DNA of 64,000 nucleotides from Desulfovibrio sp. (GTDB lineage: Bacteria > Bacillota > Dethiobacteria > DTU022): the NCBI GenBank assembly GCA_020060545.1, contig JAGUZX010000026.1, positions 16,788 through 80,787 of the forward strand, read 5' to 3'. Both the position numbers and the translations under genes were made by a program. Shown here piece by piece: positions 47,331 through 57,308 of this stretch; the first letter of the stretch is position 1; each line of letters begins with the position of its first letter. A model generated the notes under the pieces. It had not been told where the DNA came from and ran no database searches. It was given only the letters and a program-made list of their open reading frames with translations.

Positions 47331-47591
47331 TCAGCGCGGTTCGACGATTAATTTTATGGCGGTCCGTTCTTCCCCGTCGATGTGGATATCCGTAAAGGCG
47401 GGTATACAGATTAAATCAATGCCGCCAGGCGCGACAAAGCCTCTGGCGATCGCGACCGCTTTAACGGCTTGGTTGAGAGCGCCTGCTCCAATCGTTTGAA
47501 TTTCCGCTCCGCCCCTTTCCCGCAGGACCCCGGCCAGCGCACCGGCTACAGAATTGGGATTAGACTTTGCTGAAACTTTTAATACATCCAT
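47331..47591 (-). CDS. spoVS: Stage V sporulation protein S
   Basis: MDVLKVSAKSNPNSVAGALAG...GAGALNQAVKAVAIARGF...ERTAIK. Confidence 0.98.
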   Translation of the reverse strand: MDVLKVSAKSNPNSVAGALAGVLRERGGAEIQTIGAGALNQAVKAVAIARGFVAPGGIDLICIPAFTDIHIDGEERTAIKLIVEPR

Positions 47592-47631
47592 TTAGTAATA
47601 AATACCTCCCCGCACGTATTTTGCTTGTTTA

Positions 47632-47660
47632 TACTTCGTCTTCCAGTTCAGAATTCCTGC
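47632..47660 (-). promoter_or_regulatory. Sigma-H promoter of spoVS
   Basis: GCAGGAATT-N11-GACGAAGTA; spoVS is sigma-H-dependent in B. subtilis. Confidence 0.7.
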
Positions 47661-47799
47661 CTGAATTATAAGAATTTTAATAATAATTTCATGCACAGCG
47701 GAATATCTGTCCATTCTAACGCAAATCTTCACTCGAATATTTACAGTTAAACATTAATATATATAATTCATAATAATCTGACATTATTCGACAAAAAAA

Positions 47800-48312
47800 T
47801 TACTTATCGAACACATAGACTTTCCCCGCATCACGGAATGCAAACAGGTTTTTGGCATTGTTCCCCCGGGTTCGGTTCATGAAATATTCCAGTATCTCTT
47901 GCCACGGTTCATAGCTTTCTTCCGACAGCTCCAGTTCTTCCGGGCGGATTTCACTGATCAACGTTTCGCCATAGCGGTCGCGGATATAATGGGTAATGAG
48001 GCTGATTTCATCGTTGATATAAATACCGCAGAGGTCTATTTCGATCTTGGTAAAACCGCGAAGCGTTTTTTTGCGGACGGCAACCTTGCGATGTTCTTTC
48101 TTTTGTAAAAAGTGGTACGCTTCAATGTTCTCTTCAACTTGACGGCAAAAGGTTATGTAATCTTCCTTATCCAGTTCATTCCTGACCATATAAGAAAGAC
48201 TGCACGTTGAGGAAGCCAGGTTAAAGCTGATGGTGAAAATATCGGGAAACTGGACCAGCAAATTGATGATCATGCTGACGTGGTATGAGTCCTCCAAGCA
48301 ATCGCCTTTCAT
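47800..48312 (-). CDS. Hypothetical protein between rny and spoVS
   Basis: 170-aa ORF with GGGGAG RBS and its own sigma-H-like promoter (GCAGGATTA-N12-ATGGAAT, 48376-48349). Confidence 0.8.
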   Translation of the reverse strand: MKGDCLEDSYHVSMIINLLVQFPDIFTISFNLASSTCSLSYMVRNELDKEDYITFCRQVEENIEAYHFLQKKEHRKVAVRKKTLRGFTKIEIDLCGIYINDEISLITHYIRDRYGETLISEIRPEELELSEESYEPWQEILEYFMNRTRGNNAKNLFAFRDAGKVYVFDK

Positions 48313-48445
48313 ATGGCTCCCCCTTTTTGGCGAATTATAATCAATCTTATTCCATAAAGCCCGTATCTAATCCTGCCCCGGAAGAAAAAAAGTGCCCTGC
48401 GGGCACACTAACAAATTGTGCAAGTGTTGATATTATTAGGTTATT

Positions 48446-49978
48446 TTACTTGGCATAGTCAACGACCCTGGTTTCCCTGATCACGGTTACCTTGATCTGC
48501 CCGGGGTACTCCAGATCACTCTCGATTTTCTTAACAATATCCCGGGCCACCTGGATCGAGGCGTAATCGTCGATCCGCTCCGGCTTAACCATAATCCTGA
48601 TTTCACGGCCGGCATGAATGGCGTAAGCCTTCTCCACCCCGTCAAATGAATCAGCGATCTGCTCCAACTTCTCGAGGCGCTTGATATATACTTCCAGCGT
48701 TTCTCGCCGGGCGCCGGGGCGCGCCGCGGAAATCGCATCCGCCGACTGGATCAATACGGCTTCCATGGTATTAAAATCGGTATCCCCGTGGTGTGCCGCG
48801 ATGGCATTAACAATGACTGCAGACTCCCTGTACTTCTTCGCCAGATCGGCTCCGGTAAAAACATGCGAACCTTCGGTTTCATGATCTACGGCTTTGCCGA
48901 TGTCATGGAGCAGGCCCGCCCTTTTGGCAAAGGCGATATCCAACCCCAGTTCTGCGGCCATAGTCCCCGCCAGGTTGGCCACTTCAATTGAATGCTGCAG
49001 GACATTTTGCCCGTAGGAGGTCCGGTAACGCAATTTTCCCAGCAACATGATCAGCTCCGGGTGCAAACCGTGCACACCGGTCTCAAAGGTGGCGCGCTCT
49101 CCCTCCTCCTTGATCTGGGCTTCCACTTCTTTGCGCGTTTTCTCCACGATTTCTTCGATCCGGGCCGGGTGGATCCGCCCATCGCTGATCAGTTTCTCCA
49201 GGGCAAGCCTGGCTATTTCACGCCTGATCGGATCAAATCCGGAAAGAATTACGGCCTCCGGAGTATCGTCAATGATCAAATCAATTCCGGTGAGTGTTTC
49301 CAGGGCCCTGATGTTGCGGCCTTCCCTGCCGATAATTCGCCCCTTCATTTCGTCGTTTGGCAATGAAACCACTGAAACTGTGGTTTCCGAAACATGATCC
49401 GCCGCACACCTCTGAATAGCCATGGTAATTACTTCACGCGCTCTCTTGTCCGCTTCCGCCTTGGCCTGGCTCTCCACTTCTTTAACCATCTGCGCCATTT
49501 CGTGGGAAATCTCATCTCTGGCCCGCTTCAGCAAAAAATCTCTTGCCTCTTCCATGCTCATACCGGAAACCTTTTCCAATTCAATTAACTTCTGCTGGCA
49601 AAGGCTCTCGAGCTTCTCCCGGATACTTCGAATTTCTTCCTCTTTTTTTCTTAAGTCATCCTCTTTTCTTTCAATAAAGCTTGTTTTGCGATCGAGGCTT
49701 TCTTCTTTCTGCATCAGGCGGCGTTCGATCCGTTGAAACTCGGATCTCCTCTCCCGGCTTTCTCTTTCCAGTTCACTTCTGAGACGATGCGATTCTTCCT
49801 TCGCTTCCAGGTATTTTTCTCTTTTAATCGCGTTGGCTTCAAGCTTGGCTTCTTCCATAATTTTTTGCGCCGCCGCTTCCGCGGAAGCGATGCGGGCTTC
49901 AGCGATCATCTTGCGGGCGAAATAGCCTATCGTTACCCCTAAAGCCAAACCGGCAGCTCCAATAAGGACTATTTCCAT
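48446..49978 (-). CDS. rny: Ribonuclease Y
   Basis: N-terminal TM, coiled coil, KH ([13 protein letters not shown]), HD (LLHDIGKA); ATG 49978 after GGAGG. Confidence 0.97.
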   Translation of the reverse strand: MEIVLIGAAGLALGVTIGYFARKMIAEARIASAEAAAQKIMEEAKLEANAIKREKYLEAKEESHRLRSELERESRERRSEFQRIERRLMQKEESLDRKTSFIERKEDDLRKKEEEIRSIREKLESLCQQKLIELEKVSGMSMEEARDFLLKRARDEISHEMAQMVKEVESQAKAEADKRAREVITMAIQRCAADHVSETTVSVVSLPNDEMKGRIIGREGRNIRALETLTGIDLIIDDTPEAVILSGFDPIRREIARLALEKLISDGRIHPARIEEIVEKTRKEVEAQIKEEGERATFETGVHGLHPELIMLLGKLRYRTSYGQNVLQHSIEVANLAGTMAAELGLDIAFAKRAGLLHDIGKAVDHETEGSHVFTGADLAKKYRESAVIVNAIAAHHGDTDFNTMEAVLIQSADAISAARPGARRETLEVYIKRLEKLEQIADSFDGVEKAYAIHAGREIRIMVKPERIDDYASIQVARDIVKKIESDLEYPGQIKVTVIRETRVVDYAK

Positions 49979-50237
49979 TAACTGTTCCACCTCCGTTTCT
50001 TTAATGGCATAAAAAAACTGTGTCTTCAGAACACAGCTTAAAAGAGATCCCAGTATAAAACCTGCCAAAAACGAAACCCTGTGCAGGACATTATGCTTTT
50101 GTTATCAATCTATCTCAGCGCCTCTTCAAGCGCCAAGTGTTCTCTTTTAAGATATGAACTGATAGCTAGTGAATCTATTACTCGAATATAAATCAAGACT
50201 ATTTTACCTTTATGCCAAAGTTATGTCAAGAAATGAT

Positions 50238-50717
50238 TTATTCGAGACTAACCCGGGCAAAGTCACGCAGCACCGCTTTAATCACCTGACGGTCAAAACC
50301 GCGCCGCTGCAAATACGCAGCTTGCCGACGAACCCAACGCGCGTCACGGCAACCGCTATCTTTGGCCGTTCTTTTTTCCATGATTGCCCGGGCCCGGGCC
50401 AAATCTTCCTCCGGGGTAAAGTAATCGTCAATCCTGCTTTCAACAATTTCTTGCGCCAGCCCCTTCTTTAAAAACTCTATTCGGGCGCGGTAAGGACCGA
50501 AGCCCCTGCGCAGGCAGCTTTGCAAAAGCTCCCCGGCAAAACGGAAATCGTCCAGGTAACCGAGCTCCTGCATCTCGGTCACAACCGCAACAATTACTTT
50601 ATCCTGGAATCCTTTCCGCTGCAAGTATGCTTCCACTTCCCGCCTGCTCCGCTGGCGATAGCGGAGCAGCCGTAAAACACGCCCGCGGGCTTTACGCAAC
50701 TCATCTTCTCCGTTCAA
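50238..50717 (-). CDS. recX: Regulatory protein RecX
   Basis: RLLRYRQRS..E, GYLDD.RFA, GPYR, YLQRRGF; follows recA. Confidence 0.92.
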   Translation of the reverse strand: MNGEDELRKARGRVLRLLRYRQRSRREVEAYLQRKGFQDKVIVAVVTEMQELGYLDDFRFAGELLQSCLRRGFGPYRARIEFLKKGLAQEIVESRIDDYFTPEEDLARARAIMEKRTAKDSGCRDARWVRRQAAYLQRRGFDRQVIKAVLRDFARVSLE

Positions 50718-50732
50718 TCTAGGCCAACCCCG

Positions 50733-51776
50733 TTACGCCGTCCCCGGCCGATCTTTTTCCGGCAACAAATCCACCGCGGCCCTTGCCGCTACCGGCAGGC
50801 CGCAGGCTTCCCTGATCTCCCGTTCAATTTCCCGGGCTACGGTAGGATTTTCTTTCAAATAGTCCCTCACGTTTTCCCGGCCCTGCCCCAAACGGTCATC
50901 TTTATAGGAATACCAGGTTCCGCTCTTGTTAATAACCTTTAACTCCAAGCCCAAGTCAATCAGTGAACCTTCAGCGGAAATGCCAAACCCGTAAAGGATA
51001 TCAAAATCCGCCGCTTTGAAAGGAGGCGCAACCTTATTTTTAACTACCTTGACCCTGGTCCGGTTACCGATAATGGTGTCATTCCCCTGTTTTAACGATT
51101 CCACCCGCCGCACATCAAGGCGGACCGTGGAATAGAATTTTAGCGCCCTCCCCCCGGGGGTAACCTCCGGATTGCCGAACATTACGCCGACTTTTTCCCG
51201 GATCTGGTTAATAAAAACGGCGATAGTGCTGGATTTACTGATGGCGCCGGAAAGTTTGCGCAGCGCTTGCGACATCAAACGGGCCTGCAGCCCGACATGG
51301 GCGTCCCCCATTTCCCCTTCGATTTCCGCGCGAGGCACCAGGGCGGCCACGGAATCGATCACCAGGACATCAATGGCGGCGCTGCGCACCAGTGCTTCGG
51401 CGATTTCGAGAGCCTGCTCACCGGTATCAGGTTGGGAAACCAGCAACTCGTCAATGTTAACCCCAAGTTTGGCCGCATAATGGGGATCGAGGGCATGTTC
51501 GGCATCGATAAAAGCCGCGTATCCGCCCCTTTTTTGAGCTTCGGCAATCACATGCAGGGCAACAGTGGTTTTACCCGAAGATTCCGGTCCGAAAATCTCG
51601 ACTACCCTGCCCCTGGGCAGCCCTCCCACGCCTAGGGCCAGATCAAGTGACAGGCAGCCCGTAGGAATCACATCGATCCCGGGCTTGACGTTTTGACCCA
51701 GTTTCATCACCGAGCCTTTGCCAAATTGTTTCTCAATTTGGATTAAAGCCGCTTCCAGCGCTTTATCCTTCTCCAT
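50733..51776 (-). CDS. recA: Recombinase RecA
   Basis: [44 protein letters not shown]. Confidence 0.99.
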   Translation of the reverse strand: MEKDKALEAALIQIEKQFGKGSVMKLGQNVKPGIDVIPTGCLSLDLALGVGGLPRGRVVEIFGPESSGKTTVALHVIAEAQKRGGYAAFIDAEHALDPHYAAKLGVNIDELLVSQPDTGEQALEIAEALVRSAAIDVLVIDSVAALVPRAEIEGEMGDAHVGLQARLMSQALRKLSGAISKSSTIAVFINQIREKVGVMFGNPEVTPGGRALKFYSTVRLDVRRVESLKQGNDTIIGNRTRVKVVKNKVAPPFKAADFDILYGFGISAEGSLIDLGLELKVINKSGTWYSYKDDRLGQGRENVRDYLKENPTVAREIEREIREACGLPVAARAAVDLLPEKDRPGTA

Positions 51777-51825
51777 TTTTTAACAACCCCCTTTACCGTG
51801 GGCTCCCTTGGCATCCATACCACAT

Positions 51826-51854
51826 TTATTCTTGATCGGGCAGTTATTTCCTGC
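51826..51854 (-). promoter_or_regulatory. Sigma-H-like promoter directly upstream of recA
   Basis: GCAGGAAAT-N11-CAAGAATAA. Confidence 0.55.
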
Positions 51855-51858
51855 CTTT

Positions 51859-52416
51859 TCAACCAAAAAATATTCTCCGCAACGCCGTATAAACCGCCCC
51901 CTGTCTAAAAAGCTCACTCCGGTAAAGAGCGATCCCGCCAACTGTGGCCGGCTCAGTAGTAAAATGAAGCTCCTGCTCCAAATATTGTGCGATCTTTGCC
52001 CGCGGGAGCGGGTAGCGCAGCCTTCCCAGGGTCAGGTGAGGCCGGTACTCCCTTTGCTCGATTGTAAATCCATGCCGCAGCAAGGCCTTTTCCAGGGTTG
52101 AAGCGATCTCCTCAACCTGGCTGGAGCCGTCAAGGAGCCCGACCCAGAGTACACGCGCCCGATGGGGCACAGGGAACACGCCCGCTTTACCGAAGCGCAA
52201 GTTGAACGGCGCGGCGGAAACCGCCGTTTCTTCCATCGCTTGCACAGTTTCCGGCACCCGCTCCTCTTTCACCTCGCCCAGAAATTGAAGGGTGAGATGC
52301 ATCCCGTGCGGCGGAGCCCACTTGACCCCGTCCAAGAAACCGGACAGGCGCTGCTGCAGGGAGTGAACTTGCTGCTTTTGTTTTTCTGAAAGGTCGATCG
52401 CGATAAACAATCGCAT
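51859..52416 (-). CDS. thpR: RNA 2',3'-cyclic phosphodiesterase (2H family)
   Basis: MRLFIAI, two HLTL motifs, RVLWVG. Confidence 0.93.
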   Translation of the reverse strand: MRLFIAIDLSEKQKQQVHSLQQRLSGFLDGVKWAPPHGMHLTLQFLGEVKEERVPETVQAMEETAVSAAPFNLRFGKAGVFPVPHRARVLWVGLLDGSSQVEEIASTLEKALLRHGFTIEQREYRPHLTLGRLRYPLPRAKIAQYLEQELHFTTEPATVGGIALYRSELFRQGAVYTALRRIFFG

Positions 52417-52456
52417 TAACTGAGCTCCTCAATTTTTCGCAATTAATCATCAGGCG

Positions 52457-52539
52457 TTCAGAACTCAGTAGTCAGAATTCAGAATGCTGCGAAACGATAA
52501 ACTGTCTTTTTTATTCTGACTTCTGGCTCCTGACTACTG
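52457..52539. repeat. Inverted arrays of 7-bp tandem repeats
   Basis: TTCAGAA-CTCAGTA-GTCAGAA-TTCAGAA facing TTCTGAC-TTCTGGC-TCCTGAC-TACTG. Confidence 0.75.
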
Positions 52540-52543
52540 TTAA

Positions 52544-53938
52544 TCAGCGTTTGTAGTGACGCTGCAGCATAAATGAATCTTGAAACTGCTGGACGCTAAT
52601 CAGGTCGGCCATCACCAGCGCCTGCCGCCCTTCCGGCGAACGGTTGAAGTAGAGGACCACCAGGCTGTATGGATTTTCCGCAGGGGCATTGAGTCCCCGC
52701 ATCCCGGCGGCGCCGGTGGTGCCGGCATTGATGAGGGCGCTGCCCTGATCAAAGGCGATTCCGGCCCGGTGGTTATGCCCGCTTAAGATAACTGGAACCT
52801 TCCCTACAAACAGCTCCCCCATTATCGGGTGGTGTACCCCCAGCAAGTCGGGCCAATGGGTTTCATTTTCGAATAATTTAAAGGCATCCTCTGCCGCTTG
52901 CCGCAAAACTCCCTCCGGCGCCACTTCCATTAACTGAACCTGTGAAGCGGGGTCGGCGATGCCGGCTATGCGCAACCCTTCCAGCTCAATAATGGCATGA
53001 TCGAGGACTAAAACGCCTCCCCGGCGCATCGCCTCAATTACCTGGGGGGAGTCGTGGTTTCCCGGGATAAAGATATACGGCACCGGCAGTGAGGTTACCC
53101 GGGAAACGAGTTCGGATTCCAGTTCAGTACCGTAATCGGTAAAATCACCGGTGTCGATGACCAGGTCGATTTTAAAGCTGCTGACCACCTTCTCGATAAA
53201 ATCGAAGGCAGCCGGGTTGTTGTGGATGTCGGAAACATGAAGCACCCGGAGTGTGTTTTCCGAAGCCATGGGGTGGACTTGTTCCAGCTGCCGCGCGAGA
53301 TCGTGCAGGTTGGCGGTCATCACTTCAAGCTGTTCGCCGAGAGCCTTGAGTGTAGACAGAGCCTGATCGGCCAGCCCGACCACCCATGGAGCCGCTCCAA
53401 GGATGCCTTTATACCGTGGCGATTCAAAAGCATTTAGATCATAGGGGTAGATTACCGTAGCGGCAAACAAGGCCAGGAACAGCAAGGCCGCCATCAGTCC
53501 GCCGAGGAGTACACACCGCCCCTTGCGGTTCCGGGCAAGCAGAAAAACCGTTCCCGCGCCGCAGATAAACGAGATTACGGCGGATCGCGCCAAAAAAAAG
53601 AGCAGCTTGGATTTAAGCTGTACTTCGAAAAAGCTGAAATTTTGGGTTTCGGCCAGGTTTTCCAGGCCGGAAGCCAGATACTCAAGATCCACATTCTGAA
53701 GAGTAACCCGCAGCGTGAACGGAAACCAGTGCGTCACCGCGCTTAACTCCCCAATCGGTGGGATGAAGACCACCGTTTCACCCCGCTGAAAGGGAACCAG
53801 TTCAACAGTAAACTCAAAAGCGCTGACCACAAAAGCGGTGGCGCTGAACAGGGCGGCGGCAATATAGACTCCGAGCAAGGAGAGAAACAGCAGGACCGCC
53901 CATTCAATCAGCGCATCTCGCTTAGGCTTTGTCATCAT
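52544..53938 (-). CDS. Membrane-bound calcineurin-like metallophosphoesterase
   Basis: TM helices; VSDIHNN, DTGDFTD, PGNHD, VHHP, SGHNH. Confidence 0.88.
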   Translation of the reverse strand: MMTKPKRDALIEWAVLLFLSLLGVYIAAALFSATAFVVSAFEFTVELVPFQRGETVVFIPPIGELSAVTHWFPFTLRVTLQNVDLEYLASGLENLAETQNFSFFEVQLKSKLLFFLARSAVISFICGAGTVFLLARNRKGRCVLLGGLMAALLFLALFAATVIYPYDLNAFESPRYKGILGAAPWVVGLADQALSTLKALGEQLEVMTANLHDLARQLEQVHPMASENTLRVLHVSDIHNNPAAFDFIEKVVSSFKIDLVIDTGDFTDYGTELESELVSRVTSLPVPYIFIPGNHDSPQVIEAMRRGGVLVLDHAIIELEGLRIAGIADPASQVQLMEVAPEGVLRQAAEDAFKLFENETHWPDLLGVHHPIMGELFVGKVPVILSGHNHRAGIAFDQGSALINAGTTGAAGMRGLNAPAENPYSLVVLYFNRSPEGRQALVMADLISVQQFQDSFMLQRHYKR

Positions 53939-55163
53939 CCGGCATCATCCTCCACAGCATGGCCAGCGCGGTTTGGGCCGCTCTTTCTTTGACAGCCCTT
54001 CGCGTTCCGGTTAAATTGAGTTGTTTGCAGTTAACCCCTTCTCCGAAAGCAACCGCGACAAAAACCAACCCTACGGGGCGCCCCGATCCGTCGCTTTCCG
54101 GGCCGGCGATGCCGGTAATACCGACCCCTGCGTCCGCGGTGAAAAGAACACGGGATTTTAGAGCCATGGCCACGGCTACCGCTTCGCTCACCGCGCCTTC
54201 CGCCTCGAGCAGATTCTGTTCAACACCGAGGGGATCGATTTTCGCTCCAGGTGAATATGCCACCAGAGATCCCTTTAAGATATGAGAGCTTCCGTGAATA
54301 TCAGTGATCAGGTCGGAAAGCAGTCCGCCGGTGCAGGACTCCGCCAGAGCCAGGGTTAACTGCCGCTCTTTCAAACGGGACACTACCGCCCCGGCCAGGG
54401 TCTCCTGATCAACCCCGTAGATGTAATCCCCGATCGTGCGCCGCAGCCTGGTTTCGGCTTCATCCAGTTCATTCACGGCCGTGGCGGGAGCGCCGTAAGC
54501 CTTTAGCTGCAGGTATACTTCCATCCCCCTTGCAGTCAGCGAAAGGGGGTGGGAAAACGCTCCCGCCTGCTTAATCTTTTCCGCCAGGAGTGATTCGCCC
54601 AATCCGGCGCACTTAAGGGTCCTGATGAACCAGCTTGCGCCAACCGGCGCCGCCGAGTTCAGGAAAGGAAGCACAGACGCTTCGAACATGGGCTGCATCT
54701 CTTGAGGCGGTCCGGGCAGCAAAATAATCCAGCGCCGCCCTGCCGGCACGATCGCCCCGGGGGCTGTGCCCTTCGGGTTATCCAACCGCCGGCTCCCCTT
54801 GATCGCCATGGCTTGCTTGCGGTTAGAGAGCGGCATCGGGTAACCGTAACGGGCAAATAAACGTTCGATTTGCTCAAGCCACTCCGGATCAAGCAGCAGC
54901 GGTAAATCTAAAAGACGGGCCACGGCTTCCCTGGTCAGATCGTCATCGGTGGGACCCAACCCCCCGGTACAGATAATCGCGTCGCAATGTGGCAGCGAGT
55001 GCCGCAGCGCCGTGATAATCGCATCCATGTCGTCAGGAATTACCCGCAACTCGCGGACCTGGATCCCGCTGGACCAGAGCCTCCCCGACAGGTAGAAACC
55101 GTTGGTATCGGCTACCAACCCGGTCAGCAGTTCACTGCCGATGCAAAGCAGATCAACTTTCAT
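53922..55163 (-). CDS. cinA: Competence/damage-inducible protein CinA (MoCF + PncC)
   Basis: IGSELLTG..DTN, TGGLGPTDDDLTRE, LPGPPQEM, AESCTGG, TGIAGP. Confidence 0.95.
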   Translation of the reverse strand: MKVDLLCIGSELLTGLVADTNGFYLSGRLWSSGIQVRELRVIPDDMDAIITALRHSLPHCDAIICTGGLGPTDDDLTREAVARLLDLPLLLDPEWLEQIERLFARYGYPMPLSNRKQAMAIKGSRRLDNPKGTAPGAIVPAGRRWIILLPGPPQEMQPMFEASVLPFLNSAAPVGASWFIRTLKCAGLGESLLAEKIKQAGAFSHPLSLTARGMEVYLQLKAYGAPATAVNELDEAETRLRRTIGDYIYGVDQETLAGAVVSRLKERQLTLALAESCTGGLLSDLITDIHGSSHILKGSLVAYSPGAKIDPLGVEQNLLEAEGAVSEAVAVAMALKSRVLFTADAGVGITGIAGPESDGSGRPVGLVFVAVAFGEGVNCKQLNLTGTRRAVKERAAQTALAMLWRMMPDDDKA

Positions 55164-55204
55164 GCTAGATCACCGCCGCATGGTTTTTCCCTATTATACC
55201 ACGG

Positions 55205-56683
55205 CTAACACGCCTCTTTGCGGTGTGAGATTTTTTGCCGCAGGATCTCGCCGGTGATTTTTTCTTTTTCCAGGACATAATGCGCAATTTCCAAAATCAG
55301 CTCCTTTTGCCTGGCCAGTACGGCGGAAACCCACTGCTCCTGCGCACCGATAATCTGCTGGATGCTCCGGTGCAGGATTCCCCTGGGCAAATCCTTAATG
55401 CTGACTACGCCCAGGGATGACAAACCGGCGCCGATGATCCTCTTTGCCAGCTCTACCGCCTGGTTGAAATCTGCGGCGGAGCCGGTGCTCCGGTTACCCA
55501 GCAGCAGCGTTTCACTGACGGCGCCGCCCAGCAGGACGGCGATCTGCTGCTGTAGATGGTCACCGGTATAGATATAATAGTCGCGCTCCGGCTGCTGCCG
55601 GATATAGCCCAGCGCCTTGCCCCGGGGAGTAATGGTTACTGTCGAGATGGAGCCCGGCTTAATCGCTTCGCTGACCAGGGCATGGCCGGTTTCATGGACG
55701 GCGATGCGCCATAGCTCCTCCCGGCCGGGCTTCCTTTCCAGCTTTTCACCCATAATAACCTTGTCGATTGCTTCCAGAATATGCTTTTCCAGGATCCGGG
55801 TTTGTTTTTCGCGCATCGCCAAAATGGCGGCCTCATTGGCCAGGCTCTCCAGGTGCGCCCCGGAAAAACCGAAGGTTTCACGGGCTATCTTCGCCAGATC
55901 GACCGCTTCGTCAACCGGCTTATTCTTCAGGTGCAGTTTCAGAATCTGCTCCCTCCCTTCCAGGTCAGGCAGATCAACCTGGACAATCCGGTCAAACCGC
56001 CCGGGGCGGAGCAAAGCGGAATCAAGCGCCTCAGGCCGGTTCGTGGCGCCGATCACCAGGATATTGATCTCGTCGTTTCCGCTCAGGCCGTCCATCTCGA
56101 CCAGCAGTTGGTTCAAGGTCTGGTCGTATTCCAGGTGGCTGCTGTGGGTGCCCCTTTTACCACCCAGGATATCCATTTCGTCAATAAAAAGGACGGCGCT
56201 TTTTTTGTTTTCACGCCGGGCTTTGCTGCGGCACGAGCTGAAAAGCTGCCGCACCCGCTGGGCCCCTACCCCGGCGTACATTTCTATAAATTCGCTGCCG
56301 GCTACGCTCAAGAAAGATGAATCGGTATAACCGGCGGCGGCCTTGGCCAGCAAGGTCTTGCCGGTGCCGGGCGGGCCGACCAGCATAACCCCTTTCAGGG
56401 GGCGGATGCCCATATGGCTGATATCTTGCGGTTTCAGCACGAAATCGAGCGCTTCCAGCAGCTCTTTTTTGGCCACCTCCTGCCCTCCGATCTGGTTGAA
56501 ACCGATCTGTTTTCGGCCGGGTTTTTCTCTACCCAGCGCATTAAAGCGCGGCGTTTTTAGATTGGAAAAACGGAACAGGACCAGGAACAGGCCGGCCAGC
56601 AGAACCAAAGGGATAAAGCCGGATTGGTGCCACATCAAAATCACGATCAACGCCGCCGCCAACCCGATCAGAACATCGCGCAT
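55205..56683 (-). CDS. FtsH-like AAA+ zinc metalloprotease (short N-terminus)
   Basis: 2 adjacent TM helices, GPPGTGKT, FIDEMD, ATNRPEALDSALLRPGRFDR, HETGH. Confidence 0.9.
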   Translation of the reverse strand: MRDVLIGLAAALIVILMWHQSGFIPLVLLAGLFLVLFRFSNLKTPRFNALGREKPGRKQIGFNQIGGQEVAKKELLEALDFVLKPQDISHMGIRPLKGVMLVGPPGTGKTLLAKAAAGYTDSSFLSVAGSEFIEMYAGVGAQRVRQLFSSCRSKARRENKKSAVLFIDEMDILGGKRGTHSSHLEYDQTLNQLLVEMDGLSGNDEINILVIGATNRPEALDSALLRPGRFDRIVQVDLPDLEGREQILKLHLKNKPVDEAVDLAKIARETFGFSGAHLESLANEAAILAMREKQTRILEKHILEAIDKVIMGEKLERKPGREELWRIAVHETGHALVSEAIKPGSISTVTITPRGKALGYIRQQPERDYYIYTGDHLQQQIAVLLGGAVSETLLLGNRSTGSAADFNQAVELAKRIIGAGLSSLGVVSIKDLPRGILHRSIQQIIGAQEQWVSAVLARQKELILEIAHYVLEKEKITGEILRQKISHRKEAC

Positions 56684-56686
56684 CGC

Positions 56687-57223
56687 TTATGCTCCTTCCC
56701 CATCAGGACGGTTTAACGGGATCAGCTGGTAAAGGTAAGCGCTTCCGTCGCGGGCCTGCAGGTAGAGGTAATGATAGTCGACCGAAAACTGAACTTCGGC
56801 CAACCCGTAAGCCGCGGCGGTCAAATGAATCGTCTCGCCCACCGAACGGTAGTTGCCCAATTTTGCCGCTTCATAAAGATCCGGGCTGACGGCCCGCGCA
56901 AAGGAGTCCAGCCTGCCGTTGCGCTCATCGGTGACCTGAATTAAAAACGGCTTTTGTTTATGTTCTTTCGCCAGCTCCCAGATCTCTTCCACAACTTCCT
57001 GCAGCGAACCGGTGTACCGGGCGCTCGTTTCAATTACCAGGATAGGAGACCCGTTTTCCCGGATTAGCACCGCATCTTCAACGCTTTCCATGCGGCGCAG
57101 CGCGCCGATGAAAGGCTCCATCATTAAAAAACGCTGGCGGTAATAACTAAAACCAAAAAAAAGACCCAGCGCCAGCAGCGCGGTAGTAATTATAACAGGC
57201 CAGCGATACTCCGCCATCAGCAA
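56687..57223 (-). CDS. Hypothetical membrane-anchored protein
   Basis: N-terminal TM; ends 3 bp before the FtsH-like gene. Confidence 0.75.
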   Translation of the reverse strand: MLMAEYRWPVIITTALLALGLFFGFSYYRQRFLMMEPFIGALRRMESVEDAVLIRENGSPILVIETSARYTGSLQEVVEEIWELAKEHKQKPFLIQVTDERNGRLDSFARAVSPDLYEAAKLGNYRSVGETIHLTAAAYGLAEVQFSVDYHYLYLQARDGSAYLYQLIPLNRPDGEGA

Positions 57224-57308
57224 ACCCGCTCCCTTGTTTACATAATGCTATTCAATTATACCAAAGAAGTTTTCCCGCAGCAACAGCGAGGTTTTTCCTA
57301 TTGTTTGA

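Noticed and set aside
52457..52539. CRISPR array
   Set aside because: Units are 7 bp with no unique spacers; no cas genes or repeat-spacer array anywhere in the window
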